Assembly: GCA_013265495.1 (NCBI GenBank)
Contig: PNXW01000517.1
Coordinates: forward strand, 1-64,000
From: Vicugna vicugna
Lineage: Eukaryota
Reading direction: 5' to 3'
DNA: 64,000 bases
Notes under the pieces: model-generated
The model's input: the letters and a program-made list of their open reading frames with translations, nothing else
Databases searched by the model: none
Told to the model about the DNA's origin: nothing
Translations under genes and position numbers: made by a program
Part shown: positions 52,860 to 64,000 of the stretch, one piece after another
How positions within the stretch are numbered: position 1 is the stretch's first letter
How the letters are laid out: each line of letters opens with the position of its first letter

Positions 52860-53815
52860 TCTCAGGCGGCAGCTGCAAAGAGAAGAAACTTGAACTGGTT
52901 AGAACGAACTCAGCCCATGATTGCAAAGAATTAGACTCCCAGTGGACCTTGACCCTCATTATGCACTCATTGTAATGTATTAGTGTTACGGAAATGACAG
53001 GCCAGCCAAAAAAGAAGCACCACTCGGAGGGTTGGAGTACTCAGATTTATTATGCTGGTGGGCTCAGAGGGGCTTTGGCTCCGAGGCTCTGAGCCCCTCC
53101 AAGATGTGTGCATGAGGTTTTATAGGGTTAATCACAAGCTTGGGGTATTCAGCCAATAGGCGTGGAACAGCTTTAGCAGCATCATTGTCACAAAAGTAGA
53201 GGCAGGGAGGCAGCAAACCGACATTCCAAGGCCAGATATGTCTCTTTGAAAATCCAGCTGGCTAGCAAAAAAAACAAAAAAACAACATGGACAGGGAATC
53301 AGCAAACCGATACTAATTAACTTAGATTTACGAGTTAGCCCAGCAGAGCTCAGATCAGTTATCCGACACTTGTTTCACTTAGATTTGTGAGTTAGCTTGT
53401 TAGCCCAGCCCGGCTTTTCCTTCACATTAGCATGTTAATGACGACCCCGCCAGCACCATGACTGTTGGCGGTTGCCATGACAACAGCTGGAGAAGCCCAT
53501 GCAAGGGCCGAAGTCAAAGCAATTGGCTTCATCACACCCAGAAGGAAGTCATAATGGCAGAAGCCTCCCTTGAAAGTCCACAGAGTCCAAGCTGTCCTTA
53601 CTGTGTGGAGGGCACGCAAACCTGGAGCTGCCTCAGTGAGTCAACTTGGCTGATAGCTCCCCGACTTGAATGCATTTCTTTCCTCCCTTTTCCTCTTCTG
53701 AGCAATAAAGCAGGCATTCACTTTGCCTCTCTGCCTCTGCTGTGAATTCTTTCACAGCCGGCAGCCAGGACCTACCCTTTGTTTGGCCTCCTAATTTCGG
53801 GGTCTCTATCTGCTA
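52860..53815 (+). mobile_element. LTR split by a nested LTR
   Basis: Sequence reads through as ...tgtaatgtattag|catgttaatgac...; AATAAA at ~53704; ends approximate. Confidence 0.55.
52984..53426 (-). mobile_element. Young nested solo LTR (443 bp)
   Basis: TG...CA ends, perfect 4-bp TSD TTAG (52980-52983 / 53427-53430); on the minus strand TATAAAA (~53118-53124) precedes AATAAA (~53046-53051). Confidence 0.8.
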
Positions 53816-53939
53816 ACCCCTGTTTAATTCTACATTCCAAAGATTATTTCAAAAAACAGCCTATATTACCATTGTTTTCCAGATTTATATGAGGCTATTC
53901 TCTTTCTACTCACTCATTCTACTTTTTAATAACCTTTGT

Positions 53940-54238
53940 TTTGTTGGAGGTTTACAGGGACACCATGAGCTGGCCCACGTGGACGGCTGCAAGGACACAG
54001 AATGCCTGCGGCAAGAAGTTTGCAACAATCAACCACACACCCCACGACTTGTTTTGTTTTTTTTTATAAAAGAAGCCTGTATTCTGACTAGAGCAGGATG
54101 GTTGTCCGAGACATGAGTCTACCATCCTCTTGCTCTGCCGGCTTTCCAAATAAAGCCGCTATTCCTTGCCCCAGCACCTCGTCTACCGATTTACTGGCCT
54201 GTCATGCGGCGAGCAGAACAAGTTTGGACTCAGCAACA
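53940..54238 (+). mobile_element. ERV1 LTR 3' portion
   Basis: TATAAAA at ~54064, AATAAA at ~54149, terminus ...tttggactcagcaaca. Confidence 0.6.
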
Positions 54239-54499
54239 TGACAGTGCATGTGAGCAGAGAAGTCCTGCTGGGTAGCATCCTTACCATGGAGTGTTCGTTT
54301 TTAGCACACAGTTTTGGTATGCATATAGCCTTTTAAAAAAAAAATTACAACATTATAAAGCAAATATCTTTTCATGTAAATACTCTTTTCATGTAAAATT
54401 TCAGAAAACAAGTATTAACTAATTTTAACATCAACTTACCTTATGAAGATACAGTGATAAAATAAATAAAGAGGCATTTGCATCATAAAACTCAAAACT

Positions 54500-55058
54500 T
54501 GCAGGACCCTGTGGGGGCCCTCCTGGGCACCAAAGCCTTTCTGTGTCCCAGTTTCTTATTTGCAGGAAAAAAAAATCAACTTCCTGGACTTCCCTGAATA
54601 TTCAAGGGCAGATGCAAACTTGCTAATCAGGGATGTAAGGGAATGGGGAAACAAAAGAGGAGTGATCAAGAAATGATAGTGCAGGGTGGGGAAAGGTCTC
54701 AGCTCCTCCTGAAGGAATATAAGTAACAATATCTTTGGGTTCCTCTGCAGGAACCAAGGCTCCCGGCCAGGCGGATGGATGATGGTAACTTCAGGCTGAG
54801 CATAAGATTCTTGAAACACTTCCCTGTTACCTCAACACCAACCAATCAGAGGAAAGGCACACACCCTGCACCTCTGACCCCAAATATTGCCTATGAAAAC
54901 TTCTCCCTGAAAACCATTGGAAACTTTGCGGGTTTTGAGCACAAACCACCAGTTCTCCCTGCTTGACCCTTCGATAAACCTTTCTCTGCTCCAAACTCTG
55001 AGGTTTGGTTTGTTTGGCCTCACTGTGTGTAGGGCATACAAACCTGAATTTGACAACA
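54500..55058 (+). mobile_element. Solo ERV1-class LTR
   Basis: TG...ACA ends, CCAAT at ~54842; interrupts sequence that is continuous in the paralog at ~19000. Confidence 0.7.
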
Positions 55059-56773
55059 AAGCCATTTCCAGTTTCTTATACAAAGTTTAAAAAAAAGAGA
55101 GAGAGAGAAATCATTAAAATGACATTCATTAAATTTATTTTTAAATTTAAATTCAGATTTACATGAAATAGAGTTGAACGAATCAATGGGTTCAAATTGT
55201 TTAAAAGATAAATCATTTAAAAAACTCCTTGAGAATCACAAGTTCTATGTTTACTAAAATTCATATTTTGATATGATTTATTAGAAATTGAGCCCAACAT
55301 TGTATTCACAATCTATAAAGATTCATAATAGTTCCAGTAACATAAGCAGAAAGATTCTTTTCAAAATTAACAGACATCAAAAGTTAACTGCAACCTAGCA
55401 TTTATCACCAGTGACTGAAAACACATTCAGTTACATTTATAGTCAGCAAAGTTTCTAAGGCAACAAATTCAGATGAAAATAAATTTGGAGAAAAGTAAGC
55501 CCTCAAAATATTACAGCAAATAAAGACATCACATTATAAAGTATTACTTTATATTACAGATAAAATTCTGATACAAAATATTATTAGTTGTTTGTATAGC
55601 ATTTCATAACTAATGAATTAATTTTGGGGAAAAAAACTATATTTGAGTACCAATAATGGCACCCTGTACTGCTTTCTAACAAGAGATCCCATATTTTTAT
55701 TTTGTGCTGTGCCCTACAAATTATTTAGGATATGACCCTTGCATTCCCTGCCATACCTAAGAGGGAAAAAACATTTCTGCGCTAATCACTGATGGACAGT
55801 GATAATATTTCAACCAGGAAGTTCACTTGAGCTAATAGATTTTTATTGGATACAGTGTTGGGATCTGCTAAGGAAAGTAACTAAGCCATAAAATGAATGT
55901 CTAAAACTGGTTCATGAACGTTAACTGCCTCCAATCTGTTTCAGTAGAATTATGGGACATAGTGAGTGGAGAATTAAAATCTCATCTGAGAGATGTTATC
56001 GAATACAATCCAATGTAATGTATGTAAACTAAGTACGTGTGGAGTGTGGGGAATGGTTGCAAGAAAGTCCTTGATATTTCCAACAACTAGTAATTAGACG
56101 AAACTTTGACCCACTCGGGATATAATTAACTTTACAATTTCTTTCATCTCTGTTGGTCTCTCTAGGTCCTTACTGCTGATCCCCAGGTATTCCTGCTATT
56201 AAATCCCTTCCCTGGGATGCACCACTCTAAAGGGAACATAAACTTGTCATTTCCATTCAGCATGGTGTCAGGACTTCAGAAACCCTGATGAAGTCTTAGC
56301 TAAATCTCTTAAATGTAGTCTCCCTATATTGAAGGAAAGGATAACTGTTTTGGGTGTTTAGGGCTACTATGAGAAGAAAAAGAAGTCTTCTGACATTTAA
56401 TTTGATCTAGACATTCAGAAAATTTAGACATATTGCAAAATAAATGGAAAATTGTAGAACAGTGATGCTGAAAGACAACTTCAGTTAGAGAGTGTCCACT
56501 TTTCATTACATGACAAAGAACAATTTTCATTGAACACATATCAGCAAATATTACAAGTTAGTAAAATTAATAAGGAAAAAATACCATGAAGAAAACAGAA
56601 TGAGGGTGGAATATATACATATATTTGCAAGATAATTTTGTCCAGACATGAGTGATTGTCTTCTCCCTTGAATTACTCTTAGTCCTTGCATTTAATAATA
56701 AAATAACATTTTAATCATTGTCTGTTGATTAATGGATTTATATCCATCTCCTGGTACCCATTAAAAACTTTGT

Positions 56774-57640
56774 TTACATTTTCACAGAGCAGATTCTCTG
56801 AATTACTCTTCTCAAGGCCCCCATCACCTCCTTGTTTCTCAGGCTATAGATAAGAGGATTGAGCATTGGGGTCAGGATAGTGTAGAAGACAGCCAGAGCC
56901 TTGTCCTCTGTTGGAGTATGCAGAAATTTTGGACGCAGATAAGTATAAGCAAAAGGTGCAGAGTAGAGAGTCACCACAGTGAGGTGGGCGCTGCAGGTTG
57001 AATAGGCCTTCTTCCTCCCTTCTGCTGAGCGCATGCAGTAGACAGCAAGGAGAACGCAGCCATAGGAACATGCAATCCCAGTGAAAGGCAACAAAAGAAA
57101 GAGGCTGGTGCTCACAAACACGGTGTACTCATAGACCCACGTGTCCATGCAGGCCAGAGTCAGCATGGCTGGGACATCACAGAAGAAGTGATTGATGGCC
57201 CTGGACCTGCAGTAAGGGATGTGGAGGGCATACGTGGTGTGGGCACAGGAGTTGACAGAGCCCATTATCCAAGATCCTGTCATCATCAACACACACACTC
57301 TTCTGCTGATCCTGATGGGATAGCGCAGAGGGAAGCAAATGGCCACATAATGATCATAAGCCATAGAGACCAAGAGCAATCCTTCTGCACCCGCTAAAGT
57401 CAAGAAGAAGAAGCTCGAATCCCACACCCAATGAAGGAGATAGACTTGTTTCCAAACAGGAAGTTGGAGGCCATTCTGGGGACAATGGTGGAGATGTAGG
57501 TCAGGTCCATGAGGGAGAGCTGACTAAGTAGGAAATACATGGGTGTGTGGAGATGGGTGTCCAGACAGATGAGAAGGATCATGGTGAGGTTGCCAAACAG
57601 AGCCACTAGGAAAATGAGAACAATGAGGATAAAAAAAAAT
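56774..57640 (-). pseudogene. OR2L-like pseudogene (frameshift and deleted 5' end)
   Basis: 1-bp deletion between 57416 and 57417 (ctcgaat vs ctctgaat in copy 1); first ~25 codons, ATG and splice acceptor missing; MAYDHY; intact C-terminal [15 protein letters not shown]. Confidence 0.9.
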
Positions 57641-59519
57641 CTTGAGTCTTCTTTGCACACAAATGTCAAATCAAGGTCAAGCAACATTATTTAGCTCATC
57701 TGTTGTGAAATCAAAACGAATCCATATTGTTAAGTACCATTTATACCAAGTTATTTTCTTTTGACTCTTTAGTGGGATTCTAAAATTTGTAGTTTAAGTA
57801 AAGCCTTTGCCTGAATATTTATATGCCAGGCTCCTTGGAGCTTTGATGAATCTGTGCAAGCACTCACATATAAGCATACGTTTTATGTTTCTCTGCTTCT
57901 GTAACACTTACATGATAAACATTGCTTTATGGCACTTGGTCCTACTCATTTATTTTTAACTTTTATATCTTATTTTAATTTAAAGCCATTTCCAAATCTA
58001 GACAAGAAAGCTTAAGGACTTGTATTTATAGACTCTATCTATTAAAACCCAACTGTCATGATGATTATATATATATATGTGTTATAAATTAAAAGAAAGT
58101 GGTTGAGCATAAGACATAATACGAGACGGAATAGTTTAGGATACTTTAAAAGAAGGAATTTGGAAATAGAAATAGTCAGTCACTTAAATGGACAAGAGAT
58201 GATGACAACCTAGGAGTCTTCCTGGAGGAGGAGCATTCTTCTTCATGGTGGAAGAAGGAATTCTTCAGAGACATTCTAAGTAAACAAGCTACACTAAGTA
58301 AAATACCAAATGGTATTTTAGTGGTAATAACTATTCCAGAGACAATATTGTTAGAAATTTAAGAAAGTCTGCGACATGAAAGAGGAATTGGATACATGTA
58401 CATAGTGTATACAGAGATACAAGATACAAATATAAATACATACAAACACACTCACAAGAAAGTATATAGTGATGTAAAATGACTGGAAAAGTGAGAAAAT
58501 TGTGTTTTTAAAAGATAGGATTTATATCTTCATAAAGTATGAGACATTATCATTCATATACATATATATATATAAATATATATATAAAATCTCCTCTATA
58601 TCCTTAGATATAAAAAAGAACATGTCAGGTAACAGTCTCTTGCAAATTAAAAAAACAATAAAAACTATAAGTGAAACTTTTGAAGACAAAATGAAAAAAA
58701 TCTACCAGAATTTAGAAAAACAACAACAAAAACATGACAGAAAATTGGCCATTTAAAAAGGGTATCAGAATTAGAGAATTAATATAAAGGAACAAATACA
58801 TACTTGTTGTCACTCCTAGAAATCCATACAGTAAAACAACAATGGATTTAATAATATCAAAGAAACACATTTTTCAGAATTTATATAAATTAACCACCAT
58901 ATTCAAATGAAATGAACAGAACACAGGCAAATAACTGAAAAACATATTATTGAAAGACATTTTCTTGAAAATTCTAGATGTCTTTTTGACAATATTTTCT
59001 GAAAATTATTAGTGTTGCCCATAAATGTATGTTTCTCAATGTGACTTATATGGTAAAATACCAATACTGGGAAGAATTGTTTATATCAAAATACGAACTA
59101 AAATATCACCATGTTTTTATAATAATGTGTATTTTATTATTTCAGCAATATATGCTAGAAAATGGAAAAATGCTGTCGACATAGCCACCTTGGACACAAA
59201 GAGCTATGTACCTATGTTGAAAGGATGGAGAAAAGAGAAAAAGAGTTGGAGGTGGTGGTGATAATAATGGAAGTTCTTCATCCACAGTGGCCAGAGTAAA
59301 CAGTCAACAGATGGTATTTGTTATTTATTAGCATATTGGTGAAAAATATATTGGTACATAGAAGGAAATGGGTTAAAATAATATAAAATATTTGCCATGG
59401 GTATCAGGAAGTGTGGGTTATAAAATAATTATTTTTTCTTATGGATTGTTGAGATCATGTTCTTGCTTTACTTGGATAACATATGAAAGTGATGTAAAAC
59501 TGATGTCACAGTTAAAAAT

Positions 59520-60330
59520 TTAACTCACAACTAACATTTTATTCAATGGTGAAAGACTGAAAGGGTTTCCGTTAAGATCAAGAACAAGGCAAGAATGTCC
59601 ACTTTTGTCACCTCTAATTAACATAATACTGAAAGTACTAAAAAGAGCAACTAGGCAGTAAATCAAATTAAAGACATCCAAACTGTAAAGATTGTAGTAA
59701 AATTACCTTCTTTCAGAAGTGACATTATTTTATATCTAGACTGCAAAAACCTGTTAGGACTAAAATAAATTCAGCAATGTTGTGGGATGCAAAATCAGCT
59801 GTATTTTTATACACTAATAATGTATAGAACTCAAGCAGAATTTAAGAAAACAATTACATTTACAATATCATGGAAAAGAATAAAATCCCTAGGAATACAT
59901 TTAACCAAAAAGGAACAAAATTTGTGCATTGAAAATCACAAAACATCACTGAAAGGAATTGAAGGAGAGGCGTGCATGGAAAAGCAGTCTCTGTTCGTGG
60001 GTTGGAAAACTGAATATTGTTAAGACATCAATACTACCATAAACAAATCACACATACAATCAAATGACTATCATAATCCCAAGAGGACATTGAAAACACA
60101 GAACAGTACATCCTAAAATTCATATGAGATCTTAAGATACACAGAATAGCCGCCCAAACAGTCTTGTAAAAGGAAAACTTCCTCTTCCTGATTCAAGGCT
60201 CACTACAAAGCTACAGTACCAAAAACTGTGTAGCATTGGCATGAAGACAAACATACAGGAACAAAACTAAGTAGTGATACCAGAAAAAAACAAAACCTTC
60301 ACCTTTATGGTCAAATGATTTTTGACAAGT
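59520..60330 (+). mobile_element. L1 ORF2 fragment, paralog of the 5145 and 23660 copies
   Basis: caatggtgaaagactgaaagggtttccgttaagatcaagaacaaggcaagaatgtccact. Confidence 0.8.
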
Positions 60331-61362
60331 ATCTCCATTTTGTTTTAATCCAATGGAAGGACAATAAATAACCTGTCTCTCTTTACAAAACATAGCCAGA
60401 CTTTTGTTTTCTTTTGTTTTTCAATCTCTTTGATTTTCAAAATTTCCCTTAAAAAAATTGCAATATAGGCATCAACATTAAAGACATTATGCAGAGAAGG
60501 AAAGACCTAGCTGGGAAAAAAAAAAATCTGATGACGGTTATGCCATAAGGAGGAAAATCAGACCTTGGATCTGGGCTATGTCCTACTAGGAAGAGAAGAT
60601 AAAGATTTCAACTTTTATTGACCTTCTTTACAGATTGCCACATAGCACATGTCAGGATCTATTCCAAAATGAAATTGTATATAATTCTGACCACTACCTC
60701 TTAACATTGATACCACCACTGACATTTTATAGATTACAAAAATGAGATTCAGAGATTTGAAGTGAATTTACCTTAAGATATATTTTTTTCGAGTTGGATT
60801 CCCAGACTGAGCTACCTTCCTATCTGTCTATCTGACTATCTAAATGCATTCCCTGTTGGCCCTATCTTATCCCTCAAATAGTAAATACTTTGATGTAATA
60901 AATCTGAACCAAGGGTGAGTCACTTTTTATTGAACAACATAACAAAACACTGAAAAGAAAGAAAGGAAGAAAGAAATTGAAGTCATTAAAACTGAAATTC
61001 TATGCCAGTAGTAGAAGGTCAAGAATGTACATGAAAAGTATCTTAAAACACAAAAGTTACTTCACTGTTTATAATTTACACATTTTGACATATTCTTCTA
61101 TTTTCTCAGATATATTAGCTTTATGGAATTTTCACTTGATCCCACAAGAGCCACACACACATTATCTTTAAAACTGGTCTCTCAAAGCTTCTAAATGAAA
61201 TCCAATTCATGTATTGCTCCCAATACCAAATTCTCTCTACTTAGATGTCATTTGCAAAGGGACAATTATCTGCTCTGTAATTCAGATGATAGACATATTC
61301 TGTACCAGTAAAATCATCCAACTGCTGCCCGGGTTTCAAAATGAATTGCATATGACCATCTT

Positions 61363-61514
61363 TTAAAGTCAGTATGAATCAATTTCATCGAAGACCTTTT
61401 TTTCTTATGCTCATATTTAGACTTGAAATTAAAAAAAATTAAAGTCAGTATGAATCAATTTCATTGAAGACCTTTTTTTCTTATGCTCATATTTAGACTT
61501 GAAATTAAAAAAAA
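61363..61514. repeat. 76-bp near-perfect tandem duplication
   Basis: aaagtcagtatgaatcaatttcat.gaagacc... at 61365 and 61441; single copy in the paralog (~27285-27355). Confidence 0.9.
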
Positions 61515-61765
61515 ACAAACCTTATTTTAGTGATTCATGTTTCATAAAACACAGTTTTTAAAACTATAGCTTTATTATGAAAAATATTTTTTAAAAAGCT
61601 ATACCACAAATATATGAATGACTTATTCAAGTCTTCATAGTGACCTAGCTGGAAAACATGGAAGAATGTCCTTTAGAAACTAGACAATACAGAATTTTCC
61701 ACTGAAGTGCACATTTTTATATCCTAAACTCTCCTTAGTTTTGATCAAACTATTCTCAAAGAAAT

Positions 61766-61990
61766 GTTCTTTTTAAATTTAATTTATTTTTTATTGAAGT
61801 ATAGTCAGTTTATGATGTTGAGAATGTGTCAGTTTCTGGTATACAGCATAATATTTCAGTCATACATACACATACAAATATTTGTTTTCATATTCTTTTT
61901 CATTATAGGTTACTACAAGATACTGAATTTAGTTCCCCATGCTGTACAGAAGAAACTTGTTGTTTAGCTATTTTATATATAGTAGTCAGA
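61766..61990 (-). mobile_element. Young L1 3' end
   Basis: ttttattgaagtatagtcagttt...tattctttttcattataggttactacaagatactgaat; absent from the paralog (~27600). Confidence 0.75.
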
Positions 61991-62103
61991 TTCTGTAAAA
62001 CAAATGTTGATTACAGAATAAGGCAGGTGTGTTTAGTGTGAATTTATCGAACAAGCCTTCATAAATTAGATTTGCTGGATGTGTTATAAGAAATTTCAGA
62101 TTA

Positions 62104-62293
62104 ATAGCACAGGGAAATATATTCAATATCCTGTAGTTGCTTACAGTGAAAAAGAATATGAAAATGAATATATATATACATATATATATATATCCATGTA
62201 TGACATTGTGCTGTACACCAGAAATTGACATGACATTGTAAACTGACTATACCTCAATAAAAAAATAAAATAAATTTTAAAAATTAAAAAAAA
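62104..62293 (+). mobile_element. Young L1 3' end with TSD
   Basis: A-rich tail; TSD aagaaatttcagatta / aagaaatctcagatta; absent from the paralog (~27705). Confidence 0.8.
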
Positions 62294-64000
62294 AAGAAAT
62301 CTCAGATTAGACTTTTAAAAGCCTCTAAAACACAAAGACACGCTCTACTAAGTTTCACAGAAATTTGGATCTCTTCCTCTCTTCTCAAGATTTCTGAAGT
62401 AAACTAAAATGCTGGACCTTCCCCAAATTGACTTTCCTTACTCATCACACGTAGCACTGGGAAACCAGTAAACCAGGTTATCAGGTCAATTTTACCAAGA
62501 GGTTTTTGAATGAATTAGCTACAAGAAGTTAATTGTAGTTTTAAAAAATTGACATCAATCTAAATGTTTATAATAAGATTTATATTCCATTGCCATCAAG
62601 TATCCAGAACTTAAAGCATGGTAAAATGGCTTTCATAGAATCAGAATCAAATAGCCAGAAAAGTGTCCTCTGACGTCTAGACAGCCGTGGTTCTCCACGG
62701 TACCCTTACAAGGAAACCTACATGAAATTCTACAACCCTTCACGTTTTTCCACGTTAGTTTCTACTCAAGAAGAGACAAAGGATACATAATGGCTTATTT
62801 TATTTTACTGACTTAAGAATTTGAATAATAGTATTTATTACTCAAGTAATGTGTATTTTCAAGTTTTGAAGATATATAGTCTGAGAACAATCATTCTTTT
62901 ATACTTTTTTACACTTTTTATACTTTGAACAGTATAAAAGTTCTACAATACACAGAGGATATTCATCTGTGTGTATGTTTGTTTCTTTCTAATTCATATT
63001 ATTCAGTAAAGTTCTACAGTGGTGTATCAGCATTATTAAGTGAACAGGTATAAATAGCTAGACATATTTCCCAAGACAGGAAGTGGTTATAAGAGTATGT
63101 CCTTGAAATTTTGTTTTGTGATGGCATTGTGTTTATTCTGCTTCATTTCACAATTACACTAGAGAGATTTTAGGTTTAAAACTAGATACGATTCTACCTT
63201 AACTACTTACAAGAAATGTAAGCTTAGACTAATGAAGGCAACTATCTGAACCTGTGTTTGTTATGCAGAACACGTACAAATAAACATGGGCTATTACAAG
63301 CAATCTGCAAGATAAAACATAAAAGCAGTACAAAGCCTGGGTGTAAAATATCCTTGAGTAGCTGCAAAGTTTAGCATCTTTATCAATATCGTTGTCATAA
63401 CCATCAATTCACCTCATTCGTCATCAGCTGCAATAGCATGATTACATAGTTTTCAACTGCTCCTGTTTGTTACACCCATTTAATTCTCAGAAAACTTCTG
63501 CAAGGTTGTTTATTGAAATATTTTTATTCTTTCACTGGAGATTTATTGATGTGTATAAGAAGTAAAAAGGAAATAAATAAAATGAAAAGTTAAAGGCATG
63601 AGATCTTTCAATATGACATAGTTCGTGCTTAACAGCAAAAAAAAAATGGATCACTATAACAAAATGCATGGTTGGTTAGTTTCTTGGAATACTTCTAAAA
63701 ATTATCCTTCAGACTATATATATATATAGTTTTATATATATATATGTATATATATATATACACACACACACATATAGTTGAGCTCTATATATATAAAATA
63801 CACATGTGGATACAATGAATCCTCCTTTATTTAATGAATATTGTTTCCCTTTCAATTTCTTTCTTTTTCTAAATACATATCTTGTTTCAATTATGGCCAA
63901 ATAAATTATTCTCATATTTGAAGTACAATTTGAGCTCATAGAAATCACAGAAATGTTTATTCTATGATTTGTCATAGAACATCACAATTATTTTGAATTA

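Overview
AT-rich mammalian genomic DNA: part of a class II (family 2) olfactory receptor cluster, with all ORs on the minus strand. In transcription order it holds an OR2L-like pseudogene (~56.8-57.6 kb), an intact OR2T8/T12/T33-like ORF (44857-45795), an OR2AJ1-like gene with a single nonsense codon (35196-36140), a full-length OR2L-like ORF whose DRY motif reads NHY (20739-21677), a decayed OR2L fragment (~13.5-13.9 kb) and a 3'-truncated OR2L-like gene (2025-2837). Three OR2L copies lie in old paralogous blocks of 9-14 kb, yet share a perfect or near-perfect 240-260 bp coding tract, which suggests gene conversion. The rest is L1, ERV/LTR, MER44 and SINE sequence. Two tRNA-derived SINEs resemble camelid Vic-1, so the source is probably a camelid (inference). 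A 36-nt tailless U2 snRNA retrocopy with target-site duplication has an empty site in the paralogous block. I see no prokaryotic-type system and no convincing new gene family; the notable signals concern OR evolution and retroposition. Family names come from recalled sequences, not database searches.
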